Position numbers and translations under genes: made by a program. Shown one piece after another: positions 41,077 through 54,129 of a stretch of 64,000 nt of DNA. The stretch is taken from contig MU619262.1 in NCBI GenBank assembly GCA_025201805.1, forward strand, positions 65,978-129,977, in the 5' to 3' direction. The notes beneath the pieces were generated by a model that saw nothing but the letters and a program-made list of their open reading frames with translations, searched no databases and was not told the origin of the DNA. The stretch is from Parasitella parasitica NRRL 2501 (lineage: Eukaryota; Fungi; Mucoromycota). Every line of letters starts with the position of its first letter. Position 1 is the first letter of the stretch.

Positions 41077-41421
41077 TTAAATAAACATTCATCCGTATAA
41101 ACACATATACTTTGAATTGAATTTGTTATTGACGAGCCTGCTTTGTCATATCATTAACCTCCATGTAAAATTTTACCTCGCAAGCATACGGGTGTATCTA
41201 CAATAACCCTACTTAAATCCTAACGATTAGTGTTGGTCTGCTAAACAGGGACCACAGAAACTTCCAAAAAAAGGCTATCCTGAAAAACTGAACAATAAAA
41301 TCTTGTCCAAGTCAAGACGCTTCAGCAGCATGCGGGCAAATACATCTATTGAACAGGTGATGTATAGTAAACCAGCCTCATGGCTTTATGATCAAGAGAC
41401 GTCTGTGAAGCAAGAAGTTTA

Positions 41422-42780
41422 TTATGCAATAATGGGAGACACAGAGATAACCTTGGTTTCAATCTCAGGCTTAATATGTACAGAACGAGATTGCGATTGC
41501 TTGCCAACCAACAGAGTTTTTGCCAATGTATCCAACCGTGTAGTACTAGAAACAGAGGGGCTCTCTGTATGTTCAGCAGCTTCAGATAGTGAACGGGTGG
41601 CAAAAGCAACAAACTCTTCATCCGATGATGTCAAGATATGTTTATCTTGCGCTTTGACAAGCTCTCGAATAAAATACCAATCGTGCAGGCAATCCTCTTT
41701 TCTTATATAAACATTGCACGTTTTATCTTGCTTTACAGTGTGTGCTAATGTCAAAATATCATCACGCATTACTTCCTGTTCTCCTACGTAGACCATGACA
41801 TTTTTGGGGACAAATCTATCGAAATCCTTGCTGATGAGTGCTAGTTTCAATAGATGCAAGTCGTCGGTGTTGGTGGCTTCTGGTAGATTGAGATACTCTT
41901 TCAAAACACGAGATGCTAGTTCAGGCGTAATGATATCATTTCCAAACTGCCAAAGCCAAGACGATGTGTTGGCCGAAACTAACGGCGATACTAGCAAAAT
42001 ACCTGCCGGGATTTCGGCTGCATAGTTGGACCGTGAGGCACCAATATCTTTAAGGATGTCGGGTGCATATACTCGAATAAGCGTCTCCAAACAGAGTGCT
42101 CCGCCAGCACTATCACCTGAAAGAATGATTTTTGATCCGGGTATCTAGAAATATTATATCGGTAAAGAGGGTGCATTATCAAGGCCTTTTATGGAATTAC
42201 ATTCAATGTGTTAATCAGGTACTCATATGCAGCCACACACTCAAGGACTGGAACGGGATACATACTTTCCGGTGCTAAGCCTAACACTAGTTGTTAGCTT
42301 TTGTGAGGATCAACATTTTGATATGTGGCGCGCATACTATATTCAATTGATAAAATCAATGCATTGATATTATGGTTTTCTTTTAATAGATGAATCCAAT
42401 TCTGAAAGACATCCATATACATTGTACAATGGCCGACACGGAACGCACCACCTTCATTATTGTTAGTCATGGATCGTTCAATGAGTATATTTGAATAAAC
42501 ATATACCGTGGACTTTGTAGATGATCATATCAGCGTCCTTAATTCTTTGCAATAGCAGGTCATCATCTTGGTATTTGGCTATACTGGGACCAATCCAAGC
42601 CCCTTTCCATGTTGGTGTTTCCATCATTTTGATCCAGCTCATCTGCGACTTTTTTGGTGCCGTGAAGTCGGCAATCAAATATCGAGAGATAGAAGGCGGA
42701 AGGGACAAGATACATTGAATGATTGGAGCCATAATCGATGTGGGTATGTTGGCCTTGATTAATTGTCGAATAGTTTCCAT
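41422..42780 (-). CDS. Alpha/beta hydrolase of the hormone-sensitive-lipase class (steryl acetyl hydrolase Say1-like), multi-exon
   Basis: Spliced VHGGAF oxyanion motif, GDSAGG nucleophile motif, VGEQEVMRDDI and a C-terminal HDW. Confidence 0.8.
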
Positions 42781-42805
42781 GATGATACACAAAAAAAATG
42801 TGCAG

Positions 42806-42851
<46 letters not shown>
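42806..42851. repeat. 46-nt poly(dA:dT) tract just upstream of the hydrolase ATG
   Basis: Direct reading. Confidence 0.9.
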
Positions 42852-42856
<5 letters not shown>

Positions 42857-43174
42857 AGAAAGATGCACTGTTTATATACCTTTCCATAGATGCCGAGTAG
42901 CTATCCGACTAATCCGTACCTTTTGATATCTTTCTCCCCCAAACGATTTAGAATGAATAATTGATATTTTCCTCATTAGGAGCGGCAAAGCTCCTGCTGA
43001 TAGAAACACATTCACATGCGCTTAACAATTAACGGTAATTCTCTAGAGCTAGTATAGACGTATCTGAAAAAAACATAGCAGATATCAAACATAAACAACT
43101 AATCGAATCCTACATATAAGCGAGCAATCAAGGGGTGTGCAATATCTTTAGTAAAGCGCGTTTATTAGATGAAA

Positions 43175-45394
43175 TCAAACTCTGTCTGCGGATCTATCAT
43201 GCGAAGGCTCTATTTCATGAGTGGGAACTGCAGCATATTCCCCAAACACTTCATTTTCAATCGCAGTCTGGCCCTGATTTCGAATGGATTGATTATAAGA
43301 ATGACTAGGTGTATCCTTGATGACAATTTGATAATACTATACAATACTTGGTTAGCTACTAGAAAAAAAAAGCGCCATTTGTCTAGGTTACCCAAAATCC
43401 CGTGCATGCAACCATGGATAGTATAGCGGAGACGTATGGAACTAATAGTATTATGAATGTAAATGATGAGCTGTTTAGTCAATATATTAAGTTTGTCATA
43501 CTTACGCCAATAAGGGTAATATTGATTTTTAACGGGGATGAACACAAATATAAGTGCGTATGTAGTGAATGCCAGGAAGACATACACGCACACTAATGGT
43601 GCCTGGATAGGCCTGTTGCTCTTTGGCTCACGTCGTCTTAAAATCAGCACTGCCAATGCCATTAAAAAGTAGAATACCTATATAAAAATACAACATTAGA
43701 TTGCATCAGACAGCCATCGTGTACGCAATGAGTTTACATAGACCGGATAAGCGGCAAACGCAACAATAAATTGATAAACAGCACCTGGAGGTGGCCCTAC
43801 AATGAATACGATTGACAGTGCATATTGCAACAGATAAGCATAAACAGGACTTTCAACCCGCGTATCCACCTTGCCAAACACATGACCGTATGGTAATAAT
43901 CCTTGTCTAGCAACTTCCATGATAACTCTAGTAAACGAATAAATGAATTGATATGTCCCTAGTCCGAGTGCGTAAACCCACCTCCCGCCAGTAAAGTTCA
44001 TGGATGCAGCACATCCAAAAGAACTAAGGCCAATAAATACGGGGAGTACCTTTGTTGCAAAATTTTGGCCCAAAGATCGAGTAAAACTAAAGGAGGTTTG
44101 AGCTGGGCACAATACACTATCACGATTTATCCTGCTTACAATGCTGCTGCCACTATAAACTCGGAGCTCTTCATAGTATCCAGTGGTAGCACAACTAAGT
44201 AAGCAATATTTGTAAAGATATAAAGTGTTGCAGTAGTTAGTAAAGCAGCAGCTGATGCCTTTGGCAGACTTTTTATCGGGTCCTACGTCCTTTCTTTTTT
44301 AGTATTCAGTATATGCGGCTTGATATATGTGATTACCTCGACTTCGTCTATAATGTAGTTGAGATTGTGCCAACCGCTGTAGCTATTCATCACGTAATAC
44401 AGTGCCGACGCATAAGGCCCTACTGTAGTTGATGTCCCTAGGAAAGAGAGATTGAGGCCAGCCTCTACGTCGGACGGAATGGCCTTTACCAGGACTAAAA
44501 AACCGATACAAGCGATCAATAAAAGTACTGAGATCTTTATAACTGTGAGGAGTGTGATCATCTTCATCGTCGTCTTTGTAGATAATATGTTGACGGTCGT
44601 CAAGATAGTTGCACTAAGCACTATATAACCAACCGCTCAGCGCACTGATGAAAACAAAACCTAGTATAATGCAACCTACATGCCCAGCCCCGTTCAATCC
44701 AATGAGATTTATATGTCGGTCCAAATATCGTGTAATTCAAGTAGCCTCCAAACACAATACCTATCAGTGCATGTTACTATCGATTGATCCCGACTCAATC
44801 TCCCATCTACAAACCCTGAGATGCAACTCCACTAGATCTATTCATTAAGCTCCAGTATGTAAATAAATATGCCAAGAGATATTTTGGCTTTCTATAGCAA
44901 TATTCTAAATAGCCAACTTCTCCGCCACTAAAGGTATCATCAATCCTATTGCGTTTCCTATAAGCATCATACCGATAAATACCTGCGAGGAAGCTTAGAG
45001 ATACGTTAGAACCACACCAATATCTTTTATTGTAATATTTGCGGTTATATACGTGCCATTGTTCCTAGCTCCATAAACGTAAACGTGCCAGAAAGAGCAA
45101 TCAGCGCACCTATGAACCATATGATGAGGTTCATTCCTCCTGACCCCACTAATTGCAAGGTCAGTGCAGGCCCAACAAAAATGCCAGCACCGATGATATA
45201 GCTCACGTTTACCATCGCTCCTTGTATCCAGCCAATTTTTCGTTCAAGACGCTGGTCTACGATTACCGTTGTTATTGCTGTTGCTATAGCAAACAACTAG
45301 CAACATACGTACCTCCTACTGCTAATGGTTCCATATGCTCGATTTGATCTGCTAGCTCCGGATGTCTTAGCATGGGTTCATTTTCTGGATTCAT
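43175..45394 (-). CDS. APC-superfamily amino-acid permease (LAT/Mup1-like), multi-exon
   Basis: IIGAGIFVGP, ELGTMLPRSGGE, YSGWHNLNYIIDEVEDPIKSLPKA, ARQGLLPYG, RRREPKSNRPIQAP. The full frame can be spliced to a TGA at 43175. Confidence 0.88.
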
Positions 45395-46456
45395 TTTTCT
45401 GTTCCGTGGTTTGTTTTGCTAGAAAACCGAAAGAAAAGAAAAAAAATCTAAATTATGCCGCACCTACTCATTGTAGTGAAAGATGAGCAAATCACCTGCT
45501 CGCATACCTGCAGTTATGATTTGTTTTATGGGACAATTGCACATTTGGCAAAGACAAAAAAAATCGCTTCAGAAAATCTCATAAAAATGAATGTATTGAA
45601 GCAATGATGTGAGAAAGCTAAATAAGCAATAAGGGCAAAATATTTATCTCTATGGTCTGTTTGGTGAATAGTACAGATTTGCTTATTTAGGTCTATTCAT
45701 TGGGATGAGGCAATTGTTTTGTTCTCATCAAGTAACCGTTGTTCTGGGTCCCATTAGCTTTATCTCCTGGCAAGAGAGGTGATGTACCGTTTTACTTTAC
45801 GTGCATCAGTTTCAATAAAATATTGCCACACATATGTTGCAATTCCTCCATCCATATGTAGTCAGCGGCTTTTATGTTGGAAATGTAGCTTCCTTCGCGT
45901 TTAACTATTAGTAAATCTGGTTAGTTTTATAAAGTTGGATGATATAAATAGATCCTATTAAATAAAATCCCATCCAAATTAGATGGTGGATGGGGGTACT
46001 CCACAAATTTGCTTCTTGTCAATTTTACAAAACCAATGCCCACATCTATTGCATAATACTGTTCTGTATAATAGTCTTGCTTATTATTTGCCCAAAAAAG
46101 CCTTTTAAATTCTAAGAAAAACTCTTTTGCAGATTAGCAAGTATTAAAGTATGTTAACCTAATTTACGGAATTTGTATTAAAAAGGCAAATTTAATTGTG
46201 TGCCTGAGAAACTGACTTTTCTGACATGAAAGTTAAAAAAGTTTAATCCAAAGCCAAAAACAAGAGTCAATAGGTATGCTTTATGACTTCATGGGCACAC
46301 TTGAAACGCCAAAATCGATATAGCATAAGCAATTTTTTGAACCAAGACATCTTGATTTTCGGACGCAAAAAAAGTATAAATATAACGCATTCAAGTCTGT
46401 CTCCATCTTCATTTTCTTTTCTTCTTGCGTTTAGAAATATAATTTAACAAATCAAC

Positions 46457-46889
46457 ATGTAAGTAACACACGGGTTTGGGTAGAGCTTACAGAGCGTATA
46501 ATAATTGCAAAATGCCGTGTATAATAGGGGACTTTTTGACAAATTCAAGGAAGATAACGAAAAGGTTGAGAATGCTTCTCATGAGCACAAGGGTCATTTG
46601 AGTCACGAGCTCATTGCTGGCGCTGGTAAGTATTGATTCCTTCTCAAGTCGACAATGTATTAAAAGAACATTAGCTTCTTACGAGGCTGTTAAGGCTTAC
46701 AATGATCACTGCGAAAGAAACGGCAAGCCTAACGACCATGCTAAGGCTATGAGTATCTTTGCTGGTTTTGCTGGTGCTGCTATTGATAAACTTGTTGAAA
46801 CCAAAGGCCTTGATTTCATTGATAAGCAAAAGGCCAAGAGGCATGCTGAAGAACAAGCCAAGGAATACTACAATGCTGAGGGACTCTAA
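46457..46889 (+). CDS. cipC: CipC-like (DUF3759) small protein, 3 exons
   Basis: MGLFDKFK..HKGHLSHELIAGAASYEAVKAYNDH..FAGFAGAAIDKLVETKGLDFIDKQKAKRHA. TATAAATA at about 46374. Confidence 0.88.
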
Positions 46890-49787
46890 ATTCTCTATGT
46901 TCTTACATCGAATACAAGCCGTGTGTAATTGATTTTCCATATCATTACATCTTGGCGACGTACTGCATATCCATTTTCTCAATCCATTAATCTTTATAAA
47001 AAAGCATTCGAAATAAAATACTTTTTGAAGTGCTCTCATTTTTGAGCTTTTGTATAAAATATCGCGTTATGTTTTACTTTGTGTTTGCATGCTCCCGTTT
47101 TTCACAGCAATCATTTATTAACAAGAATTCGTGCTACCCTCATTTTAAGGGACACACGCATTTTCTCTTCAGGTTGCTATTATTATTACTATTATTAAAC
47201 ACATAAATCAAATTTTACCTAACTAGATGCGTTACGCTAAGCTAAAATAGACTGAACTGGTGCATTTCACGAAAGTAATGTATACACTTTTCAAGGAGAA
47301 AAGTAAACATGATATCTGTATGTGAACCTTTCACAACATAGCAAATCTAGTTGCTTCAGTACCATTCATGTCAGCAGAAATAAAATTGCGGCATTGTACA
47401 CTACTCTATAAGAAGATGTCTTCTTGCATTATCTGCTGTGAAGTTTAGTTGTGCATTTTCGCACGTTCATGCACCCTTCAAAACAAAGAAATTGGCGTTT
47501 AATGAACATTAAAATAAGCTAAACAAAGGAAAAAACAACGGCTGCTCGAAGCTTCAATACATGTTATGTTAATATGTGATATTCTATGCCTTCGTACGTA
47601 AGGCATAGTGTGGTCTGCTTCTAAAGATTTTAGCATCTCAGTCGAGAGGCATTCTCAATTACATATGCAACTTAATCTTATGCCAATATTTGGTGTTACA
47701 AAATCAAGGCGCACTATAGTCAATAACAAACACCGCATTCTATGAGTAATATACAATAGTTACCAAAGTACTTTATACAAGTAGCCAGGCAAAATTCTTT
47801 CTTATGTACTTGCAGACGCTAGATGTTTACTCAAAGTATTCCTTTTTGATCAACAGTCGAAAGTATATTAGGCTTTTCTATCAACTACAGTGTTCCAGAT
47901 CTCAAATATCATATCTTAATACATAAAAAAGCCCAAGTTCAGAAAATTCTCTAAATAAAATGTTTTTGCAATTGATATTTAGCTTGATTTGTGTGCAAAT
48001 TCTCAAGACGTTATTTTTGATGCCGTATTTTCAATCTCGCCTTAAGGTATAAAGTAGTATTGGTCACGTGTAGAGTGATTTCTTTAACTTGTTTGCTGCC
48101 CAGCGAGTTTGTATACCATAATGCTAAATATGTAATTATAATATACTTGTAAATTTTAACTGTTCACATCTTGCGAGACAAACTTTAGCATCCAGATCAT
48201 GGCTGACGGGGATTCTTGGGCTACTGGATAAAAATTTAGCTCTAGGAAACTTGTGGATACATATCTCAAATACCTACATTACTTACCACACGACTAGTCT
48301 TGTTCTCTACAGCTTAATGAAAGTTTATGAAGAGGGGACGGACATATGATCCGTAGCAAGAAAACCATCAATGTATGATGAAATAATTTTTGTTTATTTA
48401 TCAGAATACAAGCTGTTATATGATTATATTAATTCAACATGGCGTATGCATGCATCAAGAATATTTCTTGATTTGTATAAATACGACAAAACTATTGTGC
48501 ATTTATTACACAGCATTTCTTGTTGTAGCTGTGAAACTTGAAATTGTGGACACATTAGAAATACATTTTCTTAGACCGAGCAAGAAAGCTTAGATATGAG
48601 GCTGGTTTATTCTCAAAGAGATAACTAAAGTATATTCATTGTTCATTTACCAAGTAAGGTTTTTTTTTTCTTGTACTTATATTGCTCAAAGTGGGTTACG
48701 ATAGAAGAAGGAATATACATCAAGGGAACGCCTCAAACTTGTTTATATTTGCAAAATATGTGTATAAAACAGCAATTTTATTGTATTACTAGTCAAAATT
48801 TTATCTATAAAACAATGAGTAATTTAGACTAGTGTTATGGGATATAATACGCTGAGAGTGTTGCATATACGCAAATATCAGATATACTAAAAAGTTCAAA
48901 AGTAAATTTTAAAGAAGTATAAAATGTATATGCAATGAAATTTCTTGCATTTCCAGCAAGGACCCAAATATATACAAAACGTTGGGCTTGAGCTCTAACG
49001 AAAGTACAATAAAAAAACGCTAACCATATACAATGATATGAACGGAATGAATTATAATATTGTACTCGCTAAACAAAAATGTTGGCCGAGAAATGATGAA
49101 CCGAATATGGTGATCTTAAGCATCTGAAACTGTCATGTACAAGTAGAATTTGAAAAGCATGTAATGGCCAAGCTTACTCAAGATTGCTTTGATTGAGGCA
49201 ATTTGAAAGATACATACATCAGAACAACAATGCATATATACAAATGACAGATTCACTATACACGGACAATATAAAAACTTTAAAATCCTGGCTACATTAA
49301 GTTTTTTGTTATTGATGTTATAATTAACTCGATTATAAAATCAGGGAAGACGTTCTATATATATGCCAGTTACACAAATAGTGGCGTCTCGAAAATAAAA
49401 AGGTGAATCTGTTAACAATCAGGGCTTAGCAAAAATAACAACAGATTCTATATCGTAGAATATTATCATCAGCTGTCTTCCTGTGTCTCTTCACCCAAAA
49501 AAACAAGCTTGTTTTTGGCTGAATATTCCACGTAAAATTTGCGAATATCTAGATATTTTATTACAGCGCAAAATACTATTTTTACTCCCAAGGGCTTTCA
49601 GAATAAAAAGGGTTATTCTGACATGAGGCTTGAACAAAGAGAACAGAGATTTTTCTCAGCCTTACTTTTGGTTAAACGTAAAGATGACATGTTGGACAGA
49701 TTGTTTGTATAAATACTCGACAATCTTATCTCTCCCTTTTTTGCATTTCTCTTTTATTCGACTCAATTGTATATTTCTACCAACAAC

Positions 49788-50261
49788 ATGTCCTACTGCC
49801 AAGAAGCAACACCAAACTATTATTATAATTCAGATATCCAAGATAAACAGAAAATTCAGTACATTCTAGATGATAATAATAACGAAGCCAATACCAAAAT
49901 ACCCCAAATTGTAAATAATACTCGATCCACTTCCACCTCATCATCATTACCATCCACAACCACAGTAAATAATAACTTTCAGATTTTACATTATAAAGAT
50001 CAAGAGAAAAGCCGGTTACTCACATCGTCGTACACTTTAAATCATGATGAACAACCAAATACGCCGCCGTTAGAAGACTCTCGACCACCACCCACAGCCA
50101 CTGAACTGCAATATATCAAACGAATTCATTCATTAATGAACCTGGTGGCAAATCAGACAAAAGAAATCAAATCTCTCAGATCTATTATTGAAGCTTATAG
50201 CCAAAATGAAAACAATGATTGCTGTAGTGTTAATAACAGAAAGCGCAATAAACATTTTTAG
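49788..50261 (+). CDS. Hypothetical small protein with C-terminal coiled-coil
   Basis: ATG in CAACATG context, 157 codons, heptad-like YIKRIHSLMNLVANQTKEIKSLRSII, upstream TATAAATA at about 49708. Confidence 0.5.
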   Translation: MSYCQEATPNYYYNSDIQDKQKIQYILDDNNNEANTKIPQIVNNTRSTSTSSSLPSTTTVNNNFQILHYKDQEKSRLLTSSYTLNHDEQPNTPPLEDSRPPPTATELQYIKRIHSLMNLVANQTKEIKSLRSIIEAYSQNENNDCCSVNNRKRNKHF

Positions 50262-50398
50262 TGCCTACATTACATGTTACTTCAGTTTTGTTTTTTTTAA
50301 AAAAAAAGCGGGATAATAAAGCCCTTTTTCTTCCTTCATTTAAAGAAGGAAAACTTTTCAGTCTCTCTTTCATTCCTGTTTCACTAATAATAATCATC

Positions 50399-51600
50399 AT
50401 GGCAGACCTTGATAGGTAACATTCTGATTGATTTTCCCAAGAAAAAGTTATTGGAATGTCCCTAAAAAAAACGCGATTTTAGACAACTTGAACAATTAAA
50501 ACGAGGTGAAATCATCACAGAGCAAGAAGTGAAAGAGCTGTGTACAAAAGCAAGAGAAATTTTAGTGGAAGAAAGCAATGTTCAAAGAGTCGATGCTCCA
50601 GTCACTGTAATTATTATTTCAAAGCTCTAGCTAGAGATGATTATTAATCAATTTGTATACTAGATTTGTGGAGATATTCATGGTAGATGGGATTATATAG
50701 ACTATAGCTGTTGGTCATGTATTGATGAAATTTCTAGGTCAATTTCATGATTTAAAAGAGCTTTTCAGAGTAGGAGGGGAATGTCCAGATACAAATTATT
50801 TGTTTATGGGTAAGCACTTCAATCTATCAACTTTACGTACTTTCTTTTGACAGGACCGTCGTCTAGGTGATTTCGTTGATCGTGGTTACTATTCTGTAGA
50901 AACATTCCTGTTATTATTAGCCCTCAAAGTTAGATACCCAGACAAAATTACACTGATTAGAGGAAACCATGAGAGTAGACAAATTACACAAGTGTATGGG
51001 TTTTACGACGAATGTACCCGTAAATTTGGATCAGCCAATGTTTGGAGATATTGCTGCGAAATTTTTGATTATCTTAGTCTAAGTGCCATAATCGATGATA
51101 AGGTGTTTTGCGTTCATGGCGGTCTTTCGCCTAGTATAAATACATTGGATCAAATTCGAACTATTGACAGAAAGCAAGAAGTACCTCATGATGGCGCTAT
51201 GTGTGATTTGCTCTGGTCAGATCCAGAAGAAATCGATGGTTGGGGCTACAGTCCTCGAGGCGCAGGATATTTATTTGGCGCGGACGTTGTAGAGCAATTT
51301 TTACACAAAAATGATTTGGATTTCATTGCACGCGCACATCAGTTAGTCATGGAGGGATATAAACCAATGTTTAATAATACAATTGTCACTGTGTGGTCTG
51401 CGCCCAACTACTGTTATCGCTGCGGAAATATTGCTGCAATACTGAAATTAGATGATTATTTGGAAAAGGAATATAAACTTTTTGAAGCAGCATCTCAGGT
51501 AAGACTTTGACAAGTGAATTTATGGGCTTATTTAACAAGTCTGCAGCAGGATTTCCGAGGAACACCTCAAAAGAAGGCTCTGCCCGATTACTTTTTATAG
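50399..51600 (+). CDS. PPH3: Ser/Thr protein phosphatase 4 catalytic subunit, multi-exon
   Basis: [35 protein letters not shown] (PP4-type), [12 protein letters not shown]-terminal DYFL. Confidence 0.92.
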
Positions 51601-51728
51601 TCATCCGTTTCTTTTATTTGTATTTTTACATCCATAAATATGTCGCATTCCCTTGTCTGTTTCCTTGATTAATAATAGCTATAATTTAAGGAACACACAT
51701 TTTACATGACTGTATATACTTTGATACA

Positions 51729-53832
51729 CTAAAGCCTGGAAGAGGATTCTAGTAAAAGTTGGCATCGCAATTGCATGCGGCATTCCCATTCTTTATCTTG
51801 AGAGTGGCCTTGGTAATAACTCTCTATGCACTGAATCCAATCAGCGATAGTGATCTGGTAATATTCGTTCTTAGCTGTTGCAGTACATTGTGTTGCAGCT
51901 AGCTCATACATTGCATATGGATTTATCCAACCAGCGTCGCTCTTCAGAACCAAGTTGAAATACTCCATAGCTAGCTGAACATTACCATCCAAATCTCTGT
52001 GCAAGACACCCATAATCAGGTGCAACATCGGATCATCCGTGGTTTGTTTCTTGATATCTTCAACAACCTTGCAGCTCCAATAACAGGTTCCGTTCCACAG
52101 ATAAACCAACTCCCATATTGGGTTTCTTACATTTTGCAGTGTCTCCTTTAATGTTGATGACCTCGTTTTTGACGTTTCTATCCAGGACTCAACCCTGGAC
52201 TCTGCATACTGTTCATTGCTAGAGATACGATGACCCAGTTTCCTCTTCTGTTCAAACATGCTTATCATCTGCCTTGACTCTAAAGCGGCTTTTTCGTACT
52301 TTCCCTCTGCAATCATACAGCAAGTGGCAATATAATGGTAAAATAACCGAGACCAGTTGCTGAGACTTTCCAAGCAAAAAAATGCTTCTGAAGCTTGAGA
52401 GTAGTTGCCAGCATAGATATGAGCCCTATTTAATCGTATTAAGCACATGCTCATCTTACAGGATCGTCTTTTATTTTGCAGTACCATCCCGTTTCATATA
52501 TTGCAAACGTTCGAAATTGGGTAAATTCGTTGATGGAAGCATTCCTGAAATAGTTTTCCTCATCTATCACAGTTTCTTTACTGTCATCGATCTGAACTGG
52601 TTCTTTGGCTTTTGTGAATAATAACACGGCATCACCAAGGTTTCCTTCCATGCGCTTAAACTTTCCTTGAATCAAGTGCCACAATCTCCCATTCGGATAC
52701 TTTGACTCCATATTTTCTAGTATAGATTTTGCGTCCTCAAACAAAAAGAAATGGTTGATTTTTGGCTGAATGTATATCGAGGTATTTGTGTAAAAAGTCA
52801 ACAAAATAAGTGCACTGAGCGAGGAGTACATTGTTTCGCCATTATACGACATTAACAACAGATGAATAGCTGTTGATCTTGACGAGTAGAATCCAATGTT
52901 GCTTAGCCTTTTTCCTACTGTGTGTACCAAAGGGTGATTCAGTACATAAGCGTAAATTATTCCTTCTGTATATACCTTTGGATGGTAGCAAGAAAAAAAT
53001 CATATGGAATAAGCCAATGCCAAAATATGCGCCGTGTTCTACAGTTTGATGGGAGACAGGCGTAGATTGCAGTAATACTATACTGTCATTACAGGATGCA
53101 CTTCTTTTGGTTGTTTTCATGTGCTGTGTTGCTGAATTTGGCAATGAAGGTGCCTGATAATCCAAAACGGTTGATCCAGTCAAGGTCTCGAAAATGCGTT
53201 CAAAAATCTTGTATGCTTTGCGTAAGTCGTAGGCAGCTTTTACATGATCTATCCAACTGTCGCGCATAAATTGCAGTGTTGCCAACATTAATATGCAATT
53301 GGCATACAGCAATTCAAATTGCAGTTCCAAATACTCTTCGTCGTATACAACTGGCTTGTGTTTATCAAACTGAGAATCCAACGGCACAGAACAGGATGAT
53401 GCTATTGATTTTGAGCAATCATTTGCTTTGTATCTCTTTTTGCTTAGAATCCTTTTGATGTGAGATTGAAGGCTGGATACACAATCAACTGCTTCTTCAA
53501 ACTTCGATTTTTCCATAGATAACATGGCTTTTGTGTATATCAGCAAGGCATAGCCAAATGCATGAAATGGCGACGCCTTGTTTAAAGAAAATGTATCTTC
53601 GGCTTCCAGGATTCGATCATCTAGCATAGCATCCTTTTTTCAAGACGTTTAGTAAAATGAATAAACATGGAAAAAAAAGCATGCATGAAAAATAGACACT
53701 CACTAGACCTGTCTGAACATCTTGCAGCCCTATTTCGACTGACTCTGATGTTATTGAATTATCACATTGCAAAAACAACGATGCTGTATATTTAATAGTA
53801 GTGGCAGTTATTTTGGAAAGATGGCGAAACAT
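51729..53832 (-). CDS. Iml2/TTC39-family TPR-like protein, multi-exon
   Basis: KAAYDLRKAYKIF, GAYFGIGLFHMIFFLLP, IYETGW, ESLSNWSRLFYHYIATCC, PYAMYELA. Confidence 0.78.
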
Positions 53833-54129
53833 TATCAAAGGAGAAGAACAAGTAAATAAAGAAGATCGCCAGGCTACCTTTTTCCGTTGCCTCTTTCCCT
53901 CACTCGCTCTTTCACTGACACTCTCGTTCTTTATGTTTTGCCTGCAAATCATATTAGAATGTGGAATTGAATATTTAGGGAGTTGATTTGCCTTTGGCAA
54001 ACCTTAAATATCAAAAATCATGTATACTATTGAGTAGAAAATATAGTTTATGAACAAAGCATGTAAATTAATTTATTAAGAATAAGTGAGTAATTAAGAT
54101 TAAAGTGTATAATATACAAAGAAATCACT

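Noticed and set aside
45240-45394. Apparent frameshift or 29-nt intron at the permease 5' end
   Set aside because: A normal 56-nt GT-AG intron (acceptor before DQRLERK) keeps the frame, so it is not a pseudogene.
46900-49700. 2.8-kb gene-free AT-rich stretch as a possible centromere or ncRNA locus
   Set aside because: No repeats, LINE flanks, tRNA-like or structured motifs were seen.
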